From positions 4,185 to 68,184 of the forward strand of contig JAXLTF010000018.1 of assembly GCA_046330185.1 (NCBI GenBank): 64,000 nt of DNA, in the 5' to 3' direction. Below, in pieces: positions 18,374-27,142 of this stretch. The position numbers and the translations under genes are program-made. Position 1 is the stretch's first letter. Each line of letters starts with the position of its first letter. Under the pieces are notes generated by a model, which was not told where the DNA came from, did no database searches, and was given only the letters and a program-made list of their open reading frames with translations. Source of the DNA: Actinomycetota bacterium. Its GTDB lineage: Bacteria; Actinomycetota; UBA4738; HRBIN12.

Positions 18374-20683
18374 TCAGGCGCTCCTGCGCTCCTCCCACTC
18401 GTCCCAGCTGATCAAGACGTCGCGGGCCTTCGAGCCCTGGGACGGCCCCACGATCCCCTGCTCCTCGAGGAGATCCATCAAGCGCCCCGCGCGGGCGAAC
18501 CCGACCTTCAGCTTGCGCTGCAACATCGACGTCGAGCCCAGCTGGGAGCGGATCACCAGCTCGGCCGCCTGGGCGAGCAGATCGTCGTCCGCCGAGCCCG
18601 AGCCGCCGCCGGCGAGCTCCGCCTCGGTCGGCGGCAGGCCGAGGCCCTCCACGTGCTGCTCGTAGATCACCTCGCGCTGCTCGCGGATGAAGGACGTGAC
18701 GTCGTGGATCTCCTGCTCCGTGACCCACGCGCCCTGCAGCCTCGCGGGCTTCGAGGCGCTCGCCGGCGCGAAGAGCATGTCGCCGTGGCCGACCAGCTTC
18801 TCGGCGCCGTTCATGTCCAAGATCACGCGCGAGTCGGCCTGGCTCGAGGTCATCAGTGCGATCCGTGAGGGGATGTTCGCCTTGATCAGCCCCGTGACGA
18901 CGTCGACCGACGGTCGCTGCGTCGCCACGACAAGGTGGATGCCGACCGCTCGGGCCATCTGGGCGATCCGGCAGATCGCGTCCTCGACGTCGCGGGGGGC
19001 GACCATCATCAGGTCCGCCAGCTCGTCGATCACCACGACGATGAAGGGCAGGTGCTCGTACCTGTCCTCCTGCCCGGGAGGGATCCGGAGCGTGCCCTCG
19101 GCCAGCCCGTCCTCGTAGCCGTCGATGTCGCGGACCCCCACCGTCGCCAGGAGCTCGTAGCGGAGCTCCATCTCGCGGACGATCCACTGAAGCGCCTCGG
19201 CCGCGCGCTTCGGATGCACGATCACCGGGGAGAGCAGGTGGGGCACCTCGGCGAAGTGGCTCAGCTCGACGCGCTTCGGGTCTACGAGGACCAACCGGAC
19301 GTCGTCGGGCGTGGTCCGCATCAGCAGCGACGTGATGAAGCAGTTGATGAGGCTCGACTTCCCGGCGCCGGTCGCGCCGGCGATCAGCACGTGCGGCATC
19401 GTCGCCAGGTTCACCATCTGCGCGCGCCCGTGGACGTCCTTGCCCAGCGCGACCTCCAGCGGATGTCGCGCGTCCCTGGCGGCGGGCGAGCGCAGGATGT
19501 CGCCCAGCATCACGAAGTCGCGGTGCTGGTTGGGGACCTCCACGCCGATCGCCGACTTCCCCGGGATCGGCGCGATGATCCGGACGTCGGGCGTAGCGAG
19601 CGCGTAGGCGATGTCGCTCGACAGCGAGAGCACCTTGTTCACCTTCGTGCCCGCCGCGATGTCGACCTCGTACATCGTCACGGTGGGGCCGCGATGCGAG
19701 CCGGTCACGCGGGCGTCCACCCCGAACGTCTGGAGCGTCCGCTCGAGCGCCTCCATCGTCTGCTCCTCGTGGCGGCCGTCCGCGGTGGACGCGGGCGCCT
19801 TGCGGAGCAGGTCCAGCGGGGGGAGCCGGTACGGTCCGCTCGAGGTCGCGATCGTCCGCGAGCCTCGGCGGCTCTGCCGGGCCGGGACGGGCTCGCCCGG
19901 CTCCGCCAGGTCCAGGACATGCTCGCCGGCGTCGGGCAGGATCACCACGTCCTCATCCGCACCCGGCTCGGTGAGCCCCATGCTCTCCAGGAACGCGTCG
20001 CGCCGGGTCCGCCAATCCAGCCGTGACGCCTTCGGGGCGGCCGGTTCCTGCTCCGGCTCGGGCGCCGTGCCGACCGGGTCGCGCTCCGCGCGGGACTCCC
20101 TGTACTCACGCACCCAGCCGGCGATCATCGACACGGGGGTGCCGCTGAAGATCAGGTAGCCGAGCACCGTGAGCCCCACGCACACGATCGCCGCGCCGAT
20201 CTCGGAGATCAGGTTGGACAGTGGGTACACGACGATCGCACCGACGTAGCCGGCCGCCGCCTGCAGCGTGGCCACGGGAGTCATCGGGCTCGGGTTGCCG
20301 TTGCCGAGCGAGACGAGCCCCAGGAGCCCGAGCCCCAGCACGCAGAACCCGATGAACATCCTCACGCGCTCCTCGCGCGCCAGGTCCCGTAGGAGCACGA
20401 CGCCCCAGTACACGCCCACGACCGGAGCCGCGTACGCGCCGATCCCGAACGCCGCCTTCAGGAGCCAGGCGATCCCGTCCCCGGCCGGCCCCGCGGCCTC
20501 GAACCACATCGACAGGACCGCGAGGAGCCCGAACACGACCAGGCCGATCCCGAGGGCGTCCCTCGCCCACGGGGACAGCACGGTCCGGACCGGGGTCTTC
20601 GGCGGCTTCTTCGGCGCCGGCTTGCGCTTGGCAGGACTCTTGCGCGACGCGGAGCGCCGCGACGGGGAAGTCTTCGTCGCCAT
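18374..20683 (-). CDS. ftsK: DNA translocase FtsK/SpoIIIE
   Basis: N-terminal 4TM, AGATGAGKS, VIDELADLMM, ATQRPSVDV and gamma domain (LQRKLKVGFARAGRLMD). Confidence 0.98.
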   Translation of the reverse strand: MATKTSPSRRSASRKSPAKRKPAPKKPPKTPVRTVLSPWARDALGIGLVVFGLLAVLSMWFEAAGPAGDGIAWLLKAAFGIGAYAAPVVGVYWGVVLLRDLAREERVRMFIGFCVLGLGLLGLVSLGNGNPSPMTPVATLQAAAGYVGAIVVYPLSNLISEIGAAIVCVGLTVLGYLIFSGTPVSMIAGWVREYRESRAERDPVGTAPEPEQEPAAPKASRLDWRTRRDAFLESMGLTEPGADEDVVILPDAGEHVLDLAEPGEPVPARQSRRGSRTIATSSGPYRLPPLDLLRKAPASTADGRHEEQTMEALERTLQTFGVDARVTGSHRGPTVTMYEVDIAAGTKVNKVLSLSSDIAYALATPDVRIIAPIPGKSAIGVEVPNQHRDFVMLGDILRSPAARDARHPLEVALGKDVHGRAQMVNLATMPHVLIAGATGAGKSSLINCFITSLLMRTTPDDVRLVLVDPKRVELSHFAEVPHLLSPVIVHPKRAAEALQWIVREMELRYELLATVGVRDIDGYEDGLAEGTLRIPPGQEDRYEHLPFIVVVIDELADLMMVAPRDVEDAICRIAQMARAVGIHLVVATQRPSVDVVTGLIKANIPSRIALMTSSQADSRVILDMNGAEKLVGHGDMLFAPASASKPARLQGAWVTEQEIHDVTSFIREQREVIYEQHVEGLGLPPTEAELAGGGSGSADDDLLAQAAELVIRSQLGSTSMLQRKLKVGFARAGRLMDLLEEQGIVGPSQGSKARDVLISWDEWEERRSA

Positions 20684-20746
20684 CGAGCCTCTAAGGATGA
20701 CGCCTGGGGGCCGCGAAGCAAGCAGCCGGGCCGGAACCGCCGGCGG

Positions 20747-22411
20747 TCAGACCTCCATGATGACGGGCAGGATCACGGGCTTGCGCTGGGTGACCTCGTA
20801 GAAGTACCGGCCGAGGACCCGGCGGACGGACTGCTGGACCGCGGACGGGTCGGTCACGTGCGCGCCGGCCGTCTCCTCGAGCGCCGCGAGCACGCGGGCG
20901 CGGCCCTCGTCCAAGATGTCGCCGGAGGTCTCGTCGTGGACGAAGCCGCGGTTCACGATGTCGGGGCCGGACACGACCGCGCCCGTCTGGGCGTCGACCG
21001 TGATCACGACGACCACGACACCGTCGCCGGCGAGCTTCCGCCGGTCGCGCAGCACCTGGCCGCCGACGTCGCCGATCCCCAGGCCGTCGACGAGCGTCAT
21101 CCCGGCCTCCACCTGGCCGACCTTCGCGACGGTCTCCCCCACCTCGACCACGTCGCCGTCCTCGCAGATCAGCACGCGCTCCTCGGGGATCCCGACCTCG
21201 ACCGCCAGGCGCGCGTGGTGCTGCAGGTGCCGGCGCTCGCCGTGCACCGGGATGAACCACCTCGGACGGACCAGCGAGAGCATCAGGCGGAGCTCCTCCT
21301 GGGCCGCGTGCCCGCTCGCGTGCACCGCGTCGGCCGGCACGTGGTACACGTCCGAGCCGGTCCGGTACAGGGCGTCGACCACCCGGTGGATCGCCGGCTC
21401 GTTCCCGGGGATCAGCGACGACGAGAGCACGACCGTGTCGCCGGGCCCGAGCTCGACCCACTTGTGCTCGCGCGCCGCCATCAGCGAGAGCGCCGAGTAC
21501 GGCTCGCCCTGGCTCCCCGTGCACGCGACGACCACCCGGCCCGGGTCGAGCGACTCGACCTCCTCGATCGTCACGACGTCCTGGTCGGCCACGTGCAGCA
21601 ACCCGAGCCGCCGAGCGGCCGCGACGGAGTTGAGCATCGACCGGCCGAGGAACGCGATCACGCGCTCGTTCGCGCGCGCGGCGTCGATCACCTGCTGGAT
21701 CCGGTGGATGTGGCTGGAGAAGCACGCGACGACGACGATCCGCGGCGCCCGCTCCACGATCTCTCGGAGCACGGGCCCGACGCTCCGTTCGCTCGTCGTG
21801 TACCCGGCCTCCTCGGCGTTCGTGGAGTCGGACAGCAGGACGTGGACGCCGCGGCCGCTCGCCTCCTCGGCCAGGCCGTGCAGGTCCGTGGGGCGACCGT
21901 CCAGCGGGGTCTGGTCGATCTTGAAGTCGCCGGTGTGAAGGATCGTCCCGTACGGCGTGTCGATCGCGACCGCCATCCCGTCGGGGATCGAGTGCGTGAC
22001 GCGCAGGAACCGCAGCGAGAACGGCCCGACGGAGGCGTCGCCGCCGGGCTCGACGACGCGGAGCTCGCAGCGATCCGCCACCCCGTGCTCCTCGAGCTTG
22101 CCCTTCAGCAGCTCCAGCGTGAAGGGGCTGCCGAGGATCGGGACGCCGGAGAGCTCCCGCAGCAGGTACGGCAGCGCGCCGATGTGGTCCTCGTGGCCGT
22201 GCGTGAGGACGACGCCCTCCACGCGGTCGAGGTTGCGTCGGACGTGGTCGAAGTCCGGCAGGACCAGATCGATCCCCGGCATGTCCGCGGACGGGAACGA
22301 GAGGCCGACGTCGACGATCAGGATCCGGCCCGCGAGCTCGACGCAGGCCATGTTGCGTCCGACCTCGCCGACCCCCCCGAGGAAGACGACGCGGATCGGG
22401 TCAGAGGAGAC
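20747..22411 (-). CDS. rnj: Ribonuclease J (start uncertain: first ATG at 22351, conserved sequence extends upstream)
   Basis: VVFLGGVGEVGRNM, LTHGHEDHIG, HTGDFK, GSQGEP and HASGHA. Confidence 0.95.
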   Translation of the reverse strand, partial: VSSDPIRVVFLGGVGEVGRNMACVELAGRILIVDVGLSFPSADMPGIDLVLPDFDHVRRNLDRVEGVVLTHGHEDHIGALPYLLRELSGVPILGSPFTLELLKGKLEEHGVADRCELRVVEPGGDASVGPFSLRFLRVTHSIPDGMAVAIDTPYGTILHTGDFKIDQTPLDGRPTDLHGLAEEASGRGVHVLLSDSTNAEEAGYTTSERSVGPVLREIVERAPRIVVVACFSSHIHRIQQVIDAARANERVIAFLGRSMLNSVAAARRLGLLHVADQDVVTIEEVESLDPGRVVVACTGSQGEPYSALSLMAAREHKWVELGPGDTVVLSSSLIPGNEPAIHRVVDALYRTGSDVYHVPADAVHASGHAAQEELRLMLSLVRPRWFIPVHGERRHLQHHARLAVEVGIPEERVLICEDGDVVEVGETVAKVGQVEAGMTLVDGLGIGDVGGQVLRDRRKLAGDGVVVVVITVDAQTGAVVSGPDIVNRGFVHDETSGDILDEGRARVLAALEETAGAHVTDPSAVQQSVRRVLGRYFYEVTQRKPVILPVIMEV

Positions 22412-23282
22412 CGGCGTCCTCCAGTGCTCGGCGGACCCGCTCGCGCTCCTCGGGGGTCGCGGGCACGAGCGGCAGCCGCGGCTCCCCCGCCGGGCGTCCG
22501 ACCATCTCCAGGGCGGCCTTCAGCGGGATCGGGTTGCTCGTGACGAACAGGGCGTTGTACAGCGGGGACAGCGACTCGTGGATCTTGCGCGCCGCCGCGA
22601 TGTCGCCCGTGTCGATCAGCTCGATCATCTGGCGGATCTGGGGCCCGACCAGGTGTCCGGCGACCGAGACCACGCCGACGGCGCCCAGGCAGACGTACCC
22701 GAACGTGGCCCAGTCGTCGCCGGAGTAGACCTCGAAGTCGGGCACCTCGGCGATCAGCCGGGAGATGCCCTGGAAGTCACCGGTGGAGTCCTTCACCGCG
22801 ACGATGTTCGGCGACTCCGCGAGACGCACCAGCGTGTCGTGCTCGATCCGCGTCGCGGTCCGCCCGGGGATGTTGTAGGCGATGATCGGTAGCTCCGTCG
22901 CTTCGGCCACGCGCTCGAAGTGCGCGATCAGGCCGCGCTGCGGCGGCTTGTTGTAGTACGGCGTCACGACCAGCAGCCCGTCGGCACCGGCGTCCTCCGC
23001 GGCCTGGGTGAGCTCGAGGGTCTCGGCGGTGGAGTACGTGCCGGTCCCGCAGATCACCCTCCCCCTGCCGCGGACGGCGTCCGCGACCGCCCGGAAGAGC
23101 TCCGCCTTCTCCTTGTGGGTGAGGGTGGGCGACTCGCCCGTCGAGCCCGACACGACGATCGCGTCCGAGCCGTGCTCGATCAGGTGAGACGCGAGCGCCT
23201 GAGCTCCATCGAGGTCGACGGCGTGATCGTCACGGAAGGGCGTCACCATCGCCGTCACGAGCGATCCGAACCTGCCGGCCAT
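22401..23282 (-). CDS. dapA: 4-hydroxy-tetrahydrodipicolinate synthase
   Basis: TAMVTPF, GSTGESPTL, TPYYNKP, YNIPGRT and AVKDS. Confidence 0.97.
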   Translation of the reverse strand: MAGRFGSLVTAMVTPFRDDHAVDLDGAQALASHLIEHGSDAIVVSGSTGESPTLTHKEKAELFRAVADAVRGRGRVICGTGTYSTAETLELTQAAEDAGADGLLVVTPYYNKPPQRGLIAHFERVAEATELPIIAYNIPGRTATRIEHDTLVRLAESPNIVAVKDSTGDFQGISRLIAEVPDFEVYSGDDWATFGYVCLGAVGVVSVAGHLVGPQIRQMIELIDTGDIAAARKIHESLSPLYNALFVTSNPIPLKAALEMVGRPAGEPRLPLVPATPEERERVRRALEDAGLL

Positions 23283-23337
23283 CCGTGCCTCCTTCGCCAC
23301 CGCGGCGGTGGGCGTGACCCGCCTATGCTAGCGGCCG

Positions 23338-23889
23338 ATGCCGCGCATCTACACGAAGACCGGGGACGACGGCACGGCCGGCCTGCTGTACGGCGGCCGG
23401 ATCCACAAGTCGGACCCGGTCGCCGACGCCTTCGGCACGACCGACGAGGCGGTCGCGGCGCTGGGTCTGGCCCGGGCGACGTGCGGCGACGGCGTGATGG
23501 CGAACACCCTGCTGGTGCTGCAGCGCGAGCTGTTCGTGGTGGGTGCGGATCTGGCCACGAACCCGGACGAGCGCGCCAAGCTGCATGCGGGGGTATCGCT
23601 CGTGGACGCGGCCATGACCCAGCGCCTCGAGCAGCAGATCGACGATCTGGTCGCCGAGCGCCCGCTGCCCGAGACGTTCGTGGTGCCCGGCGCGAACCCC
23701 GCGAGCGCGGCGATCGACGTCGCGCGGAGCGTGGTCCGTCGCGCCGAACGCCGCGTGGTGGAGCTCGAGGGCACCGGCCGGGCCGTCAACCCGGAGGTGC
23801 GGCGCTACCTGAACCGCCTCTCGGACCTGCTGTTCGTGCTGGCGCGCTGGCAGGCCGGCGAGAGCGAGCCCCCGAGCCGCGCCGATTGA
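23338..23889 (+). CDS. PduO-type corrinoid adenosyltransferase
   Basis: RIYTKTGDDGTAGL, FGTTDE, RRAERR and YLNRLSDLLFVLAR. Confidence 0.93.
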   Translation: MPRIYTKTGDDGTAGLLYGGRIHKSDPVADAFGTTDEAVAALGLARATCGDGVMANTLLVLQRELFVVGADLATNPDERAKLHAGVSLVDAAMTQRLEQQIDDLVAERPLPETFVVPGANPASAAIDVARSVVRRAERRVVELEGTGRAVNPEVRRYLNRLSDLLFVLARWQAGESEPPSRAD

Positions 23890-23896
23890 CGCCGCG

Positions 23897-24385
23897 TCAC
23901 CCCTGCCCCTCGGCGGGGACGGGGGCCATGCCGCCGTAGTTCTGGTCGCCGAACTCCAGGATCACCAGGCCGAGGGCCGCGACGTCGACCGGGTCGGCGA
24001 ACGCCACCCGGAACGTCGCCTGGTCCCCGTCCGGGATCGCCGCCGCGTCCGCGATCGTCGCGTCGACGCGCGCGTCCGCGCCCGTGATCAGGTATAGCGA
24101 CGGCGGGTCCAGCCGCTCCCCGGTCGCGTTCCTCACCTCGAGCGTGCCGGCCGCGTCCTCGTCCAGGGTCAGCTCCGCCGCGACGCCGCCGAAGTCGTAC
24201 CTGAACGCGCCGGGAACGAAGTCGACCGGGCCCTGATCGACGGTGGGCGGAGCGGACACGGGCGCCGTGGGGCCGGTGGCGGAGGCACCGCCGCCATCAC
24301 CGTCGCCGTCGTCGCCCGTGCACGCCGCAACGGCGAGGCATGCGACCAGCACGAGGACGGCGAGGGAACGGGTCCGGGGGTTCAC
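23897..24385 (-). CDS. Hypothetical lipoprotein
   Basis: Signal peptide with lipobox LAVAAC, Gly/Asp linker and a beta-rich domain; TATCAT upstream. Confidence 0.75.
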   Translation of the reverse strand: MNPRTRSLAVLVLVACLAVAACTGDDGDGDGGGASATGPTAPVSAPPTVDQGPVDFVPGAFRYDFGGVAAELTLDEDAAGTLEVRNATGERLDPPSLYLITGADARVDATIADAAAIPDGDQATFRVAFADPVDVAALGLVILEFGDQNYGGMAPVPAEGQG

Positions 24386-24425
24386 GGATGCGGCATGATA
24401 CGCGAACCGTGGGGCCCTCCGGTCG

Positions 24426-25067
24426 ATGAACGACGTCTACGAGCACGCCGGAGCGGCGTTCGTGCTGGGGTTCGCGCTGGGGGCCGCGCCCGGCCCCGTC
24501 CAGCTGCTGATCCTGTCCGAGACCGCCCGTCGGGGGTTCTACGGGGGGTTGCGGGTCATGCTGGGCGCGAACGGGACGCTGCTGGCGATCATGGTCGTGC
24601 TGGCGTTCGGGTTCTCGTCGCTCGCGCCCGGCGAGGGGCTGCTGCGCGCCCTGCGGATCGTCGGCGGCGGGTTCCTGGTCTACCTCGCGATCGCCGAGCT
24701 CCGGTCCGTGCGGAACGAGGCTCGGGTCGTGCCGACCGAGGACATCGAGCCGCAGACCCGCTCGATGGGTCCCACGCTCCGAGGCATCGTGTCCGTGATC
24801 CTGAACCCGGGCGCCTGGATCTTCTTCGCGACCACCGCATCCGCCGTGATCGCCGACGCCACCGACGACGGTGGGCGCGACGCCGCGATCGTCGCCGCGC
24901 TCGCCACCGCCGTGGGGGTCTCGTGCTCGGACCTCCTGCTCACCCTCGTGGGCAGCGGCGGACGGCGGCTCGTGGGCGATCGCGGGCTGCGCTGGATCCG
25001 CGGGGGCCTGTCCGTGGGCCTGGCTGCGATCGGCCTGGCGTTCATCTGGCAGGGCATCCGCCGGTAG
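24426..25067 (+). CDS. LysE/RhtB-family transporter
   Basis: APGP, GFYGG, GGGFLVYL and LNP motifs; about 6 TM segments. Confidence 0.88.
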   Translation: MNDVYEHAGAAFVLGFALGAAPGPVQLLILSETARRGFYGGLRVMLGANGTLLAIMVVLAFGFSSLAPGEGLLRALRIVGGGFLVYLAIAELRSVRNEARVVPTEDIEPQTRSMGPTLRGIVSVILNPGAWIFFATTASAVIADATDDGGRDAAIVAALATAVGVSCSDLLLTLVGSGGRRLVGDRGLRWIRGGLSVGLAAIGLAFIWQGIRR

Positions 25068-25090
25068 TCTGACTCAGACCGGTAAGGGCT

Positions 25091-25864
25091 TCACCCGGGC
25101 CACAGGATCGGCTCGAGGCCCATCGTGAGCCCCGGGCGCGATCCGACCGTCTTGATCGCGAGCAGCACGCCGGGCATGAACGAGCGGCGGTCCGTCGAGT
25201 CGTGCCGGATCGTGAGCGTCTCGCCGACGCCGCCCAGCAGGACCTCCTGGTGCGCGACGACGCTCGACAGCCGGACCGAATGCACCCGCACGCCGTCGAC
25301 GTCCGCCCCGCGGGCTCCGGGCACGCGCTCCGGCCCGGCCTCGGTTCGCGCGCCACCGCGGGCTCCCGCGATCCGCCGCGCCGTCGCCATCGCGGTGCCG
25401 GACGGGGCGTCGGGCTTGTCCTCGTGGTGAAGCTCGATCACCTCGGCCGAGGGCAGGTGCCGCGCCGCCTGCTCCGCGAACCGCATCATCAGCACGGCGC
25501 CGATCGCGAAGTTCGGAGCGATCACGACGCCGACCCGGTCCTGTTCGCCCCACGCGGGGTCGGCCTCGAAGCCCGACGTCCCCACGACGACGTGCACGCC
25601 GTGCTCGATCCCCCACGCGACGTGCTCGGGCGCGAAGACGGCCGAGGTGAAGTCGACCGAGACCTCCACGCCGGCCTCGAGCAGCGGGTCGAGCGTGTCG
25701 GTGAACACGACGTCGGACTCGAGGTCCAGGACGTCGGCGACCCGCTCCCCCGCGTGCGGGCGCGAGACCGCGGCGACGAGCTCGAGCTCGGGATCGGCGT
25801 CGACCGCCCTGCACACCTCGCGGCCCATGCGGCCGGTTGCGCCGACGACGCCGACCCGGATCAC
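25091..25864 (-). CDS. dapB: 4-hydroxy-tetrahydrodipicolinate reductase
   Basis: VGVVGATGRMG, VDFT, VVGTSG, APNFAIG and ELHHEDKPDAPSGTA. Confidence 0.97.
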   Translation of the reverse strand: MIRVGVVGATGRMGREVCRAVDADPELELVAAVSRPHAGERVADVLDLESDVVFTDTLDPLLEAGVEVSVDFTSAVFAPEHVAWGIEHGVHVVVGTSGFEADPAWGEQDRVGVVIAPNFAIGAVLMMRFAEQAARHLPSAEVIELHHEDKPDAPSGTAMATARRIAGARGGARTEAGPERVPGARGADVDGVRVHSVRLSSVVAHQEVLLGGVGETLTIRHDSTDRRSFMPGVLLAIKTVGSRPGLTMGLEPILWPG

Positions 25865-27135
25865 GCGACGGCCTCCTTGAAGGCGGACGTCGGGAACGGC
25901 CCCAGCACCGTCAGGGTCATCGGCTGCGACAGTACGCGGTGCGCGACCGCGTTCGCATCCTCGAGGGTCACGCGCTCGATCCGCTTGAGGGTCTGGTCCA
26001 CCGAGAGGATCTCGCCGTGCGCGATCTCCGACTTGCCCAGGCGCGACATCCGACCCCCGGGGTCCTCCAGCGACAGCACGAGCGAGCCCTTCACGTGACC
26101 CTTGGCCCGCTCGAACTCGTCGGGCTCCAGGCCGTCGGCGGCGACCTCCTCGAGCTGGCCACGCAGCAGGCCGATCACGTCGTCGGCCCGGGTCGGGGTC
26201 GTCCCCGCGTAGCACGTGAACACACCGGCCTCGGTGTACTGCGTGTGGTAGCTGTACACGGAGTACGCCAGGCCGCGCCGCTCGCGGATCTCCTGGAACA
26301 GCCGCGAGGACATCCCCCCGCCCACCGCCGCGTTCACGATCAGGAACGCGAACCGATCGGCGTCGCCTCGCGCCAGGCCGTTGGTCCCGTAGCAGATGTG
26401 CGCCTGCTCGGTCTTGCGGCGTCGGACGAGGCGGCGTCCCGACGGCACCGGAGCGTCCCCGCCCAAGCGCAGGTTCCAGACCGGAGGCTGCCCTTCACGG
26501 ACCATGCGCCCCGCCTCCATCCTCGAGCGGAGCATCCGGATCAGCTCGTCGTGGTCGACGTTGCCCGCCGCGGCGACGACGAAGTTCCCCGGCACGTAGT
26601 GCCTGCGGTAGAACCGGTGCACCGAGGCGCGCGTCGCCGCCTCGATCGTGCCGACGGTTCCCAGGATCGGGCGGCCGAGCGGGTGCTCGGGCCACAGCGC
26701 CTCGGTGAACACGTCGTGCACGACGTCCTCGGGCGAGTCATCGTGCATGTGGATCTCCTCGAGGATCACCTGGCGCTCGGCGTCGAGATCCGACGAGCGC
26801 AGCAGCGAGCGCTGAAGCATGTCGGCCAGGTGGTCGACCGCCATGCCCAGGTCGCGGTCGAGCACCCGCGCGTAGTAGCACGTGTACTCCTTCGCGGTGA
26901 ACGCGTTCACGTCGCCGCCGATCGCGTCGAAGGCCTGCGCGATGTCCTGAGCCGTGCGGGCCTTCGTCCCCTTGAACAGCAGGTGCTCCAGGAAGTGGCT
27001 CGAGCCGCTGATCGCGGGGGCCTCGTCGCGCGAGCCCGCCAGGACCCATACGCCGATCGACACCGAGCGGACGCTCGGCATCCGCTCCGTGACGACGCGC
27101 AGGCCCGAGGCGAACTCGGTGCGGCGGATCGGCAT
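25861..27135 (-). CDS. M16-family zinc peptidase
   Basis: SHFLEHLLFKGT (HxxEH) and NAFTAKEYT; canonical position after pnp. Confidence 0.95.
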   Translation of the reverse strand: MPIRRTEFASGLRVVTERMPSVRSVSIGVWVLAGSRDEAPAISGSSHFLEHLLFKGTKARTAQDIAQAFDAIGGDVNAFTAKEYTCYYARVLDRDLGMAVDHLADMLQRSLLRSSDLDAERQVILEEIHMHDDSPEDVVHDVFTEALWPEHPLGRPILGTVGTIEAATRASVHRFYRRHYVPGNFVVAAAGNVDHDELIRMLRSRMEAGRMVREGQPPVWNLRLGGDAPVPSGRRLVRRRKTEQAHICYGTNGLARGDADRFAFLIVNAAVGGGMSSRLFQEIRERRGLAYSVYSYHTQYTEAGVFTCYAGTTPTRADDVIGLLRGQLEEVAADGLEPDEFERAKGHVKGSLVLSLEDPGGRMSRLGKSEIAHGEILSVDQTLKRIERVTLEDANAVAHRVLSQPMTLTVLGPFPTSAFKEAVA

Positions 27136-27142
27136 GCGCGGG

